DNA of 64,000 nucleotides from Candidatus Latescibacterota bacterium. GTDB taxonomy: Bacteria; Latescibacterota; UBA2968. This document shows, in pieces, positions 36,350-46,381 of the stretch; positions within the stretch are counted from its first letter, which is position 1; each line of letters opens with the position of its first letter. The stretch is taken from positions 4,992,001-5,056,000 of the forward strand of contig OZ242320.1 of NCBI GenBank assembly GCA_965208125.1. The letters are read 5' to 3'. Made by a program: the position numbers and the translations under genes. The notes beneath the pieces were generated by a model that was not told the DNA's origin, did not search any database, and saw nothing but the letters and a program-made list of their open reading frames with translations.

Positions 36350-37708
36350 ATGACCCTCACCGCACTCTCTCCCCTCGACAATCGCTACACGAGCCGCTTG
36401 ATAGACCTCATACCCTGCCTTTCGCATTTTGCACTAATAGCCTACCGCGTTCAGATTGAAATCGAATGGTTGCGCTTTCAATCAGAGCGCCCCGAACTCA
36501 CACACGTCCGCGCATTTACCGATGCTGAACACCAGATGTTGAAATCATGGATAGACACTTTCGATGAACAGCAGGCTCAACGCGTTATCGCAATCGAAAA
36601 AGTCACCAATCACGATGTCAAATCCGTCGAATACTATGTACGAGAACGCCTCGCTGAAACATCACTCGCCGACGTATGTGAAGCCGTGCATTTTTGCTGC
36701 ACCTCTGAAGACATTAACAATCTCGCCCACGCGCTCATGCTCAAATCCGCTATCGAAGATGTCTTTCTTCCACTGGCACAGGAAGTTACACAAATCACTT
36801 TAAAACTTTCACAAGACACGAAAAACCTTTCTATACTCGCACGAACACATGGGCAACCTGCCACCCCGACCACGATGGGCAAAGAACTCGCCGTATTTGT
36901 CTATCGCTGGCAGAGACAAATCAAACAGATTATACAACTCGAATATCTCGGCAAATTCAATGGCGCTACCGGCAATTACAACGCGCATGTCGCGGCCTAT
37001 CCCAATGTCTCATGGCATGACCTCGCCCGTGATTTCGTCAAGCGTCTCGGCCTCACATTCAACCCCCTCACCACGCAGATTGAATCGCATGATTATATGG
37101 CCGAAGCCTTTCACATGATTATCCGTTTCAATACCATCTCGCTCGACTTTGCCCGCGACATGTGGACCTATATATCTCTATCCTATTTTCGTCAGAAAAC
37201 TGTCACCACAGAAGTCGGGTCCTCGACTATGCCCCACAAAGTCAATCCCATTGACTTTGAAAATGCCGAAGCCAATCTGGGCATCAGCACGGCCCTGCTC
37301 GAACATCTATCGATCAAATTACCCGTCTCACGCCTTCAGCGTGACCTGTCTGACTCTTCTGCCAGTCGCAATATTGGCCCGGCCATCGGCCATGCGTGTC
37401 TCGCCTTGAAATCCCTCCTGAATGGCATGGGCAAGGTCGCCATTGATAAACAGGCCATTGCCAGCGATCTCGAAAACGCCTGGGAAATCCTCGGCGAAGC
37501 CGTGCAAACCGTCATGCGAAAAAACGGATATGAAAACGCCTATGAACTTATGAAAGACCTCACCCGGGGCACGGAGATTACAAAGGACGGTCTCGATAAC
37601 TTTCTCAATACCCTCAACCTCCCACAAGCAGACTTCAAATACCTGAAAAATCTAACACCTCAATCGTACATAGGACTTGCCCCACAACTTGTGGATGATA
37701 TCTTGTAA
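36350..37708 (+). CDS. purB: Adenylosuccinate lyase (E. coli-type)
   Basis: 'LTALSPLD.RY', 'TNHDVK.VEY', 'RTHGQPATPTT', signature 'SSTMPHKVNPIDFEN'. ATG 36350 after AAGGA. Confidence 0.97.
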   Translation: MTLTALSPLDNRYTSRLIDLIPCLSHFALIAYRVQIEIEWLRFQSERPELTHVRAFTDAEHQMLKSWIDTFDEQQAQRVIAIEKVTNHDVKSVEYYVRERLAETSLADVCEAVHFCCTSEDINNLAHALMLKSAIEDVFLPLAQEVTQITLKLSQDTKNLSILARTHGQPATPTTMGKELAVFVYRWQRQIKQIIQLEYLGKFNGATGNYNAHVAAYPNVSWHDLARDFVKRLGLTFNPLTTQIESHDYMAEAFHMIIRFNTISLDFARDMWTYISLSYFRQKTVTTEVGSSTMPHKVNPIDFENAEANLGISTALLEHLSIKLPVSRLQRDLSDSSASRNIGPAIGHACLALKSLLNGMGKVAIDKQAIASDLENAWEILGEAVQTVMRKNGYENAYELMKDLTRGTEITKDGLDNFLNTLNLPQADFKYLKNLTPQSYIGLAPQLVDDIL

Positions 37709-37796
37709 TGGTAAAATGTGACCGACTTAAGGGAGGGGCTACCTGCTTGCCCCTCCCCCGGTCTGTTCATCCTGATTATTTTTTTATTCTGATCCT

Positions 37797-38351
37797 ATGC
37801 CCTTTGAATTTGAGCACCTCGACATCCCCGGCGTCATCCTCGTTCGCGCAAAGCGATTTTCCGATGATCGCGGTTTTTTTGTTGAAACGTACAAACGAGA
37901 CGACTTCGCGGCTAATGGCATCTTAGATACATTCGTTCAGGACAACTACTCTCACTCTGCCCGCGGGGTGCTGCGCGGATTGCACTACCAAAAAACCCCT
38001 CGCGCACAGGGCAAACTCATCCAAGTGCTCAAAGGCGAAATATACGATGTTGCCGTGGATATTCGCCGAGGATCCCCCACTTATGGTCAGTCGATCGGCA
38101 TTCATCTTTCCGAAGTGCGATCCGAACTTCTGTATGTCCCTCCCGGCTTCGCACACGGCTTCTGTGTTCTCAGCGAGGTAGCGGACTTCACATACAAATG
38201 TACAGATATTTACGCACCAGAGACCTATCGCGGTATTTCCTGGGACGATCCCGACTTAGACATTTCCTGGCCCATAAAAAATCCAATCCTTTCCAGGCGC
38301 GATCAAAATCTCCCCCCGCTCAAAGAAGCAGACAACAACTTTATTTATTGA
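37797..38351 (+). CDS. rfbC: dTDP-4-dehydrorhamnose 3,5-epimerase
   Basis: 'D.RGFF.E', 'FVQDN.S.S..GVLRGLHYQ', 'DVAVDIR.GSPT', 'PPGFAHGF'. Confidence 0.95.
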   Translation: MPFEFEHLDIPGVILVRAKRFSDDRGFFVETYKRDDFAANGILDTFVQDNYSHSARGVLRGLHYQKTPRAQGKLIQVLKGEIYDVAVDIRRGSPTYGQSIGIHLSEVRSELLYVPPGFAHGFCVLSEVADFTYKCTDIYAPETYRGISWDDPDLDISWPIKNPILSRRDQNLPPLKEADNNFIY

Positions 38352-38358
38352 GGACTCC

Positions 38359-41300
38359 ATGAGCTTGAAGCATTTCTTTCGCATATTCCCCACGCAGCAA
38401 CACACCCTGCTCCAATTGTCACAGCAACACGTCTCCGCACATATTCAAAAAATCGAAACTGAATACTGTTTCAACGTACAAATCGACAGACCGCTTTCTG
38501 CCGACCAGCAAAACCGACTCATCTATCTGTTATCCGAAACTTTTGAGGCAGATCGGTTTGCAGAACAGTCCTTTCTTACAGGGCATGGCACAATCCTCGA
38601 AGTAGGGCCGCGCATGAATTTTTCCACAGCATGGTCCACAAATGCTACGGCAATATGCCACGCCTGCGGTCTCACGCAAATTTCGCGCATCGAACGGTCG
38701 CGACGTTACCTCATCAAACCCGCCCTGAGCATGGATCAGCAGAATATCTTTTTGTCCCTCGTTCACGACCGCATGACCGAATGCCCATACCCTCACCCTC
38801 TCACCTCCTTTGACTCCGACGCAAAACCAGAACCCGTATCCGAGATTCCTCTCATAGAAGAAGGCCGCCGCGCCCTCGAAAAAATCAATCGTACCATGGG
38901 CCTGGCGTTCGATGAATGGGATCTCAATTATTACACAGACCTATTCCTCGACCAGATCGGCCGTAACCCCACCAATGTCGAATGCTTTGATATTGCCCAA
39001 TCCAATAGCGAACATTGTAGGCACTGGTTTTTTAAAGGCCGCCTTATCATTGACGGCGAAGAGATGACCGATCACCTCATCGCCATGATCCAATCGACAC
39101 TCAAAGCCAATCCCAACAACAGCACCATCGCCTTCAAAGACAATTCTAGTGCCATCCAGGGGTATCCGATACGCACTATTGTACCCACTACTATCGGTAG
39201 TCCTTCTCCATTTGCATTCTCAGACCGCAACTGCGACATCATCTTCACCGCAGAAACTCACAACTTCCCATCGGGTGTTGCCCCTTTTCCCGGAGCAGAA
39301 ACAGGTACGGGCGGGCGCATCCGAGATGTGCAGGCCACGGGTCGCGGCGCGCTCGTCATAGCGGGTACGGCGGCGTATTGCGTGGGCAATTTGTATATTC
39401 CCGGATACGACCTGCCCTGGGAAAATCCCGAATTTCAATATCCCGATAACCTCGCTACCCCCTTGCAAATCGCAATTGAAGCCAGCAATGGGGCTTCAGA
39501 TTACGGCAACAAATTCGGTGAACCTCTTATACAGGGCTACACGCGATCCTATGGTCTGCGCCTGCCCAATGGGGAACGCAGAGAATGGATTAAACCCATT
39601 ATGTTTAGTGGCGGAATCGGTCAAATGGACGCGCGTCATACAAATAAAGAGAAGCCCGAATCCCAAATGCTTATTACCAAAATCGGCGGGCCAGCGTATC
39701 GCATTGGCATGGGTGGTGGCGCTGCGTCGAGCATGGTACAGGGCGAAAACGAAGCCGAACTCGATTTCAATGCCGTGCAGCGCGGTGACGCAGAAATGGA
39801 ACAAAAACTCAATCGCGTGATCCGCGCTTGTGTTGAACTCGGCGATCAAAACCCCATTGTCAGTATCCACGATCAGGGCGCTGGTGGCAACTGCAATGTC
39901 CTCAAAGAAATCGTTGAGCCTGCAGGTGCCCGCATCGATATTCGCGCTGTGCCCGTTGGAGATAAAACCCTGTCAGTACTCGAAATCTGGGGTGCCGAAT
40001 ATCAGGAAAACAATGCCCTGCTCATCCGCCCTGAACACGCCTGTCTTTTCGACGCCCTCTGCAAACGCGAAAAGGTCATTTACGCTTTTGTCGGCAAAGT
40101 AACCGGCGATGGGCGGGTGGTAGTCTTCGACAGCAAAGACAACACCACACCCGTTGACCTCGACCTGGAAAAAGTCCTCGGCGATATGCCTCAAAAGCCA
40201 TTCAAACTCGACCGCTTTCCCCTTCGCACAGAACCGCTCACCCTCCCCGATAATCTGACCGTTAAAAAAGCGCTCGACCGCGTGCTTCGCCTCGTTTCTG
40301 TTGGTTCCAAACGATTTCTCACCAACAAAGTTGACCGCTGTGTAACCGGGCTTGTCGCACAACAGCAATGCGTGGGACCACTCCAGCTAACCGCAGCAGA
40401 CGTCGCTGTCATTGCACAAAGTCATTTTGGCGCGACTGGCGCCGCCACCGCCATTGGCGAACAACCCATCAAAGGTCTCATCGATCCTGCGGCTATGGGA
40501 CGCCTGTGCGTGGGCGAAATGCTCACCAATATCGCCTGGGCACGGCTGAGTGCTATAGAAGACATCAAATGCTCTGGCAACTGGATGTGGGCGGCCAAAT
40601 TGCCCGGAGAAGGCGCGGCACTTTACGATGCGGCCCGCGCCCTTACGGATATTCTGCTCGAATTGGGCATTGCCATAGATGGCGGCAAAGACAGCCTCTC
40701 GATGGCTGCGATCGCGCCGGGTAATGATGGCGACGAAACTGTCAAAACACCCGGCACACTCGTCATATCGGGCTATGTCACCAGTCCCGACATTACGCAG
40801 ACCGTCACGCCCGACTTAAAAAATCCCGATGAAGGCCTCATACTTTACGTCGATCTCGGCGCAGACAAACATCGCCTCGGCGGGTCTTCTCTTGCCCATG
40901 TGTACGAGCAACTCGGCAACGAGTCACCAGATGTGGATGATCCGGCCCTGCTCAAACGCGCGATTGGCGCCCTCCAATCCTGCATCGCAAAAAATTATAT
41001 TACCTCGGGACACGACCGCAGCGATGGCGGTCTTATCACTGCGCTTTTGGAAATGGCTTTTGCCGGCAACTGTGGTATTCAGATCGATCTTCAAACCCGC
41101 GCCAATGAGATTCCCGCGCTCTTTTCCGAAGAACTCGGCCTCGTCTTTGAAGTGCGTCCCAAAAATCTGACGATTGTGCGAGAAATTTTTGAAAAAGCTG
41201 CCGTGCCTATCCAGACCATTGGAACAGTAACATCCAGTCCCGACATCCAAATTTCTGTCAACAATCAGTGCATTCTCAAAAGTCCCATGCCCGAATTGCG

Positions 41301-42264
41301 CGACTTATGGGAAGCTACGAGTTTCCAACTCGAACGCCAGCAGACCAATCCGTCCTGCGTCGCACAAGAAGAGACTTCCCTACACGCGCGCACAGGCCCC
41401 AAATTTATCGTGCCCTTCGCGCCAACCCCCACGCTACCCGCCATTCTCAATGCCAGTCGCAAGCCCGCAGTCGCCATCGTGCGCGAAGAGGGTAGCAATG
41501 GGGATCGCGAAATGACCTCTGCATTTTTTGCAGCGGGCTTTGAACCCTGGGATGTGACCACCAGCGATCTCTTATCTGGCACTATCGCACTTGACCATCG
41601 GTTCAGAGGCGTCGTATTTGTAGGCGGATTCAGCTATGCCGATGTGCTCGACTCGGCCAAAGGCTGGGCTGGCGTGATTCGCTTCAACGACGGCCTACGT
41701 GTCCAGTTCGATGCCTTCTACAACCGCTCCGATACTTTCAGCCTCGGCGTGTGCAATGGCTGTCAACTTATGGCCCTGCTCGGCTGGGTTCCATTCCCCG
41801 GCCTTGCCAATGCGGTACAACCCCGGTTTATTTGCAACGAATCCGCGCGTTTTGAATCCCGTTTTTCCACTGTGCAAATTCAAGACAGTCCAGCGATTAT
41901 GCTTAAAAACATGGCCGGTGCATCCCTCGGCGTGTGGGTCGCGCATGGAGAAGGCCGCGCATTTTTTCCCTGCACAGACGTACTCGACCGCGTCATAGAC
42001 GAAAATCTCTCCCCCGTGCGCTATGTCGATGACAATAATACCGCGACCGAAGCCTATCCCTTTAACCCAAATGGTTCCCCGCACGGGATAGCCAGTCTTT
42101 GCTCCCCCGATGGTCGCCACCTCGCCATGATGCCCCACCCCGAACGCACCTTTCTCAAATGGCAATGGGGCTATATGCCAGAGAACTGGAAACGCGATCT
42201 TAAAGCTTCTCCGTGGCTTCAAATATTCCAAAACGCTCGCGAGTGGTGTGAGGGTAAAACGTAA
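38359..42264 (+). CDS. purL: Phosphoribosylformylglycinamidine synthase, large single-chain form
   Basis: 1301 aa; 'QSNSEHCRH', 'AETHNFP', 'IHDQGAGG'; glutaminase domain 'GVCNGCQ' and 'MMPHPER'. Confidence 0.97.
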   Translation: MSLKHFFRIFPTQQHTLLQLSQQHVSAHIQKIETEYCFNVQIDRPLSADQQNRLIYLLSETFEADRFAEQSFLTGHGTILEVGPRMNFSTAWSTNATAICHACGLTQISRIERSRRYLIKPALSMDQQNIFLSLVHDRMTECPYPHPLTSFDSDAKPEPVSEIPLIEEGRRALEKINRTMGLAFDEWDLNYYTDLFLDQIGRNPTNVECFDIAQSNSEHCRHWFFKGRLIIDGEEMTDHLIAMIQSTLKANPNNSTIAFKDNSSAIQGYPIRTIVPTTIGSPSPFAFSDRNCDIIFTAETHNFPSGVAPFPGAETGTGGRIRDVQATGRGALVIAGTAAYCVGNLYIPGYDLPWENPEFQYPDNLATPLQIAIEASNGASDYGNKFGEPLIQGYTRSYGLRLPNGERREWIKPIMFSGGIGQMDARHTNKEKPESQMLITKIGGPAYRIGMGGGAASSMVQGENEAELDFNAVQRGDAEMEQKLNRVIRACVELGDQNPIVSIHDQGAGGNCNVLKEIVEPAGARIDIRAVPVGDKTLSVLEIWGAEYQENNALLIRPEHACLFDALCKREKVIYAFVGKVTGDGRVVVFDSKDNTTPVDLDLEKVLGDMPQKPFKLDRFPLRTEPLTLPDNLTVKKALDRVLRLVSVGSKRFLTNKVDRCVTGLVAQQQCVGPLQLTAADVAVIAQSHFGATGAATAIGEQPIKGLIDPAAMGRLCVGEMLTNIAWARLSAIEDIKCSGNWMWAAKLPGEGAALYDAARALTDILLELGIAIDGGKDSLSMAAIAPGNDGDETVKTPGTLVISGYVTSPDITQTVTPDLKNPDEGLILYVDLGADKHRLGGSSLAHVYEQLGNESPDVDDPALLKRAIGALQSCIAKNYITSGHDRSDGGLITALLEMAFAGNCGIQIDLQTRANEIPALFSEELGLVFEVRPKNLTIVREIFEKAAVPIQTIGTVTSSPDIQISVNNQCILKSPMPELRDLWEATSFQLERQQTNPSCVAQEETSLHARTGPKFIVPFAPTPTLPAILNASRKPAVAIVREEGSNGDREMTSAFFAAGFEPWDVTTSDLLSGTIALDHRFRGVVFVGGFSYADVLDSAKGWAGVIRFNDGLRVQFDAFYNRSDTFSLGVCNGCQLMALLGWVPFPGLANAVQPRFICNESARFESRFSTVQIQDSPAIMLKNMAGASLGVWVAHGEGRAFFPCTDVLDRVIDENLSPVRYVDDNNTATEAYPFNPNGSPHGIASLCSPDGRHLAMMPHPERTFLKWQWGYMPENWKRDLKASPWLQIFQNAREWCEGKT

Positions 42265-42275
42265 AAGGAGACACC

Positions 42276-44597
42276 ATGGACCTCTCCAAATTCCAGGACG
42301 ATACCATTCTCGCTGAATGGATGCTCTCAGACGCCGAACAGGGGACACAAATTGACCTTCCTATGGTAATTGGCGACTGGAACTGCGCCAACGAGATTCG
42401 CGCTGAAATCTTCCTTCCGGACAATGTCGATGACCAGATCTACTGCACTCTCACCTCGGGTCACCGAACAGAAGGCATGAGCGAAGACGATGGCTATCGC
42501 TTCAACGCCATTGCCTCCCCGCGGGGGGGCAACATCTGGCAGGGCTGGCGAGAATTTCGATTTCCCACCGAATGCTTTTACACTCTGGGCATACCCTCTG
42601 GGTGGAGCCAGATGGTCTCGGGCACCATCCACCTCCCATCGGGCAGTCGCATCCGAAATATCCGCCTGGTCCAGCGCGAAATCGCGCGTGGGCCTCGGAT
42701 GACTGACAAAGCTCTGATCAACGCTCTAAACCTGAACTATCCCGGCCTCAAAGCTGTGGCGCAGGCCGGTACAATCCCGGCTCAACTTGCAGAAATCGCG
42801 GCCTACTTTCGGCGTAGCACCTTCAATCGACGTCACGTTATACCCGATCCTCTACCCAGAGCCAATATAGAAGAGGCGGATCGGATTCTCGACGGGCATA
42901 TCATGGACCATTACTGGCCCAATGGCGTCGATTGGGATGCCAATCCGTATGGATATATCGAATGGTCTATCCGTATCCACGGCTTTCCCTATTTCACGCC
43001 GCTCGCACTCGCCTGGGAAGAAACGCGCGACTCTAAATACGCAAAAGCCATCGAAAACATCTTGCGCGACTGGATGCAGAAAACCCCTATGCCCTACGGC
43101 GTGCGCGCCGGTGGCCTGGCCTGGGGGCATTCTCTAATCGTGAGCCAGCGGGCATTCTCCACACTTGTCGATACATTCACTGTACTCTGCGACTGTGCAG
43201 ACACGGAAGACCAGACCATCATAGACCTGCTCAAATCAATCTATGAACACGAAGCCTACCTCTTAAAATTCGAATCCTTCCCTCCCTCCAACAAAACCAT
43301 CTCGGAAGGCCGATCCATGCTTGCAACCGCCTGCTCATTCCCCGAATTTCGGGAATCAGAAGCGTGGTATCAGGCGGCCAGCCAGCAACTCCTGAACGAC
43401 ATGAACATTCAGGTCATGAGAGATGGTGCTTCTTACGAACTCACACCCGGTTACCAGATAGCCATTGCTGCCTGGTTTTTAGAAGTCTTTGAAGTCGCCC
43501 AAAAATTTGGTCGACCTCTGAATCCGGAAATAGAAGCCGGTATCCGGCGGATGTACAACTGGAGTGCCTCTATCAATCGCCCCGATTTCTCCTGTCCCTC
43601 TGTTTCTGACGCCGGCAGCCTGGATGGAAAATTCGCGCGCCGTCTTATCAAACCGGGGCAGGTACTCGGCAATCCAATCGCTTTATGGGTCGGCACGGAA
43701 GGAGAAGAAGGACGTCCTCCTGACTACACCTCTATCGCTCACCGCGACTCTGGCTATTTCGTCATGCGAAGTGGATGGGACCGCGATGCCCGATATTGCC
43801 TCTTTGAAGGCGGTCCCTATGGACGGTTTCACCAGCATGAAGACATGCTTTCCTTCGATCTCTACGCATATGGCCTGCCCTTCATCGTAGATCCCGGCAT
43901 CACTTCCTATTTCCCCAATGAATGGACGTCATTTTACCGCACCACCGAAGCGCACAACACCGTGCTCGTAGATGGTTGCGGACAAAAACGCCGCGAACAG
44001 ACCATCGCCGAATGGATCGAATCCGCCCGCGACAAAACCATCTGGCGAAGTGATGGTCGCGCCGATGTCGCCATCGCCACTTACGATGCCGGATACGCCG
44101 GACTGGACGCAGATATCGCCCACCGCCGCGCCGTCATGTTCGTCAAACCCAATTATTTTCTCATCTTCGACGAACTCACCGGCGAAGGTCAACACACCTA
44201 TGAAGCGTTCTTTCACTTCATGCCCTACCGCGTCCTGATTGATCCCGATACCAGAGCCGTGCGTACAGGGCGTATGACTCCGCCTAATCTCGAGATCCTG
44301 CCCCTTGTCAACATGACGCCCCGGCTTATTTGCGGACAAAACGATCCCGTACAGGGCTGGCTCGCCATCAGCGGTCAGGATGTGCCCGCACCAGTCGCCA
44401 TTTACAAAAAACGCGCAACTCTGCCCTTCCGAACCGGCTATGCTCTCGTCCCCTTCACAGATGGCACTACCGCCAGCGTTACTACCAAAATCACCCGCCG
44501 CGGCGACACCTGGAACGTGCGCATCACCCATCTAGATGCTCATACGGATCACATCAAAATGGACTGGAGTGATACACAGGGGCCGGTACTCATCTAA
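42276..44597 (+). CDS. Heparinase II/III-like polysaccharide lyase family protein
   Basis: 'DG..YE.TP.Y', 'SGYFVMRSGW', 'H.HED.LSF.L..YG....VDPG...Y', 'T.AHNTV.VDG'. Confidence 0.85.
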   Translation: MDLSKFQDDTILAEWMLSDAEQGTQIDLPMVIGDWNCANEIRAEIFLPDNVDDQIYCTLTSGHRTEGMSEDDGYRFNAIASPRGGNIWQGWREFRFPTECFYTLGIPSGWSQMVSGTIHLPSGSRIRNIRLVQREIARGPRMTDKALINALNLNYPGLKAVAQAGTIPAQLAEIAAYFRRSTFNRRHVIPDPLPRANIEEADRILDGHIMDHYWPNGVDWDANPYGYIEWSIRIHGFPYFTPLALAWEETRDSKYAKAIENILRDWMQKTPMPYGVRAGGLAWGHSLIVSQRAFSTLVDTFTVLCDCADTEDQTIIDLLKSIYEHEAYLLKFESFPPSNKTISEGRSMLATACSFPEFRESEAWYQAASQQLLNDMNIQVMRDGASYELTPGYQIAIAAWFLEVFEVAQKFGRPLNPEIEAGIRRMYNWSASINRPDFSCPSVSDAGSLDGKFARRLIKPGQVLGNPIALWVGTEGEEGRPPDYTSIAHRDSGYFVMRSGWDRDARYCLFEGGPYGRFHQHEDMLSFDLYAYGLPFIVDPGITSYFPNEWTSFYRTTEAHNTVLVDGCGQKRREQTIAEWIESARDKTIWRSDGRADVAIATYDAGYAGLDADIAHRRAVMFVKPNYFLIFDELTGEGQHTYEAFFHFMPYRVLIDPDTRAVRTGRMTPPNLEILPLVNMTPRLICGQNDPVQGWLAISGQDVPAPVAIYKKRATLPFRTGYALVPFTDGTTASVTTKITRRGDTWNVRITHLDAHTDHIKMDWSDTQGPVLI

Positions 44598-44622
44598 TTT
44601 CTCTCCACTGTAGGAGATTTTC

Positions 44623-46317
44623 ATGCAGACCAACTACGACGTCAACATGCAATTAGACGTAAAAGTGCCCATGCGAGATGGCATCAATCTCTCCGCCGAT
44701 ATCTATCTGCCTCGAGCGCGCGGTAAATTCCCCACCGTGCTCATGCGAACGCCTTATGACAACAATGCCGACAACATGGTGGAAAAAGCCCGACGGCTTG
44801 CCAACAATGGTTATGCCTGTATTATTCAAGACTGCCGCGGGCGGTGGGACTCAGAAGGAGAATATTACGCTTTTCGGGAAGGCGAAGACGGGTACGACAC
44901 TCAGGAATGGATCGGCAAACGGGAATGGTGCAATGGCAACATCGGCATGGCCGGTAGTTCCTATGGCGGCACAGTCCAGTGGCGCAGCGCGCCGTATCGC
45001 AGCCAGTACCTCAAATGCATCACGCCTCGCGTTATATGCACGGACTATTACTCGGGCTTGGTCCACCCCGGCGGCGCTTTCCAGCTCAATGTCATGATGA
45101 CCTGGGGCATGCGCACCAATGCCCGCACCGCGCAGACCATTGAATTCCACAACTGGACCGAAGCCTTCCGCGCACTCCCCCTCATCGAAATGGACGAACA
45201 GGCGGGCCGAAACCTGAATTTCTGGAAAGACTGGGTTGAACACGCCGCTTACGACGACTATTGGGAGCAATTCAACGACGAAACCAAATGGGGTGAAATC
45301 GCCGTCCCCGCGTTCAACATGGGCGGCTGGTACGATCTTTACGCGGCACAGACCTTCACCAACTTCAACGGCTTGCGCCTGCACGGTCGCACCGAAGAAG
45401 CCAAAAAGAGCAAACTCATCGTCGGTCCCTGGCCACATTCTCTCAGCCTATCGCCCAAAACCGGCGACATTGACTTCGGGGCACCGTCAATGGTCGATCT
45501 GGAAAGTCTCGAACAGCGCTGGTTCGACCACTGGCTCAAGGGTATTGATAACGGCATCGCGGATGAACCGCCTTTGCGTCTCTTCATCATGGGCATCAAC
45601 CAGTGGCGCGACGAACGCGAATGGCCGCTTGCGAGAACCCAATGGCAAAAATGGCACCTGCACTCGGGCGGCAGTGCCAACACACTACTCGGCAATGGCA
45701 CGCTCTCCACAGCCTCGCCAGAGAACGAATCGCCTGATCACTACACTTACGACCCGCACTACCCCGTCCCGACAATGGGCGGCAACAACTGTTGCTCACC
45801 GCACATCGTACCGTGGGGTCCCTATGACCAGCGTCCCGTAGAGATGCGAAGCGACGTCCTCTGTTACACTAGCGATCCCCTTGATACAGATCTGGAAGTC
45901 ACGGGTCCCATCAAAGCCGTCATCTATGCCGCTACCGACTGTACAGACACGGACTGGACCGCCAAACTCGTCGATGTATCGCCCACCGGATATGCTATGA
46001 ACCTCTGTGACGGCATTTTGCGAGCGCGCTTTCGAGAAAGCCTCACCAACCCCACCCTGCTCAAACCCGGCAGCATCTATGCCTATGAAATTGACCTTGG
46101 CGTAACCGGAAACGTCTTTAAAAAGGGCCACCGCATTCGCCTCGAAATATCTTCTTCCAATTTTCCTCGGTTTGACCGAAATCTCAATACAGGTGGCTCG
46201 CTGGGACGTGAGACCGAGATGCGCCAGGCCCATCAGACCGTCTATCATTCAAAAGCATATCCTTCTCATATCACGCTACCCGTCATTCCCTCTGGATCAG
46301 GATGGGCAGGATGTTAG
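44623..46317 (+). CDS. CocE/NonD family serine hydrolase
   Basis: 'VPMRDG..L.AD.Y.P', 'RTPY', nucleophile G-S-S-Y-G-G, 'GGWYD', 'GPWPH', PepX_C 'GHRIRLEISSSNFPRF.RN'. Confidence 0.95.
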   Translation: MQTNYDVNMQLDVKVPMRDGINLSADIYLPRARGKFPTVLMRTPYDNNADNMVEKARRLANNGYACIIQDCRGRWDSEGEYYAFREGEDGYDTQEWIGKREWCNGNIGMAGSSYGGTVQWRSAPYRSQYLKCITPRVICTDYYSGLVHPGGAFQLNVMMTWGMRTNARTAQTIEFHNWTEAFRALPLIEMDEQAGRNLNFWKDWVEHAAYDDYWEQFNDETKWGEIAVPAFNMGGWYDLYAAQTFTNFNGLRLHGRTEEAKKSKLIVGPWPHSLSLSPKTGDIDFGAPSMVDLESLEQRWFDHWLKGIDNGIADEPPLRLFIMGINQWRDEREWPLARTQWQKWHLHSGGSANTLLGNGTLSTASPENESPDHYTYDPHYPVPTMGGNNCCSPHIVPWGPYDQRPVEMRSDVLCYTSDPLDTDLEVTGPIKAVIYAATDCTDTDWTAKLVDVSPTGYAMNLCDGILRARFRESLTNPTLLKPGSIYAYEIDLGVTGNVFKKGHRIRLEISSSNFPRFDRNLNTGGSLGRETEMRQAHQTVYHSKAYPSHITLPVIPSGSGWAGC

Positions 46318-46329
46318 GATTTACAGGAT
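46293..46329 (+). repeat. Dispersed GGAT-periodic element, copy 1
   Basis: TGGATCAGGATgggCAGGATgttAGGATttaCAGGAT; same spacing as the copy at 52659-52695. Confidence 0.7.
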
Positions 46330-46381
46330 ACCTCCTCGCCCAGCCAGCCACCCGCGTTAAACCCATCGAGCGGAGGATAAT

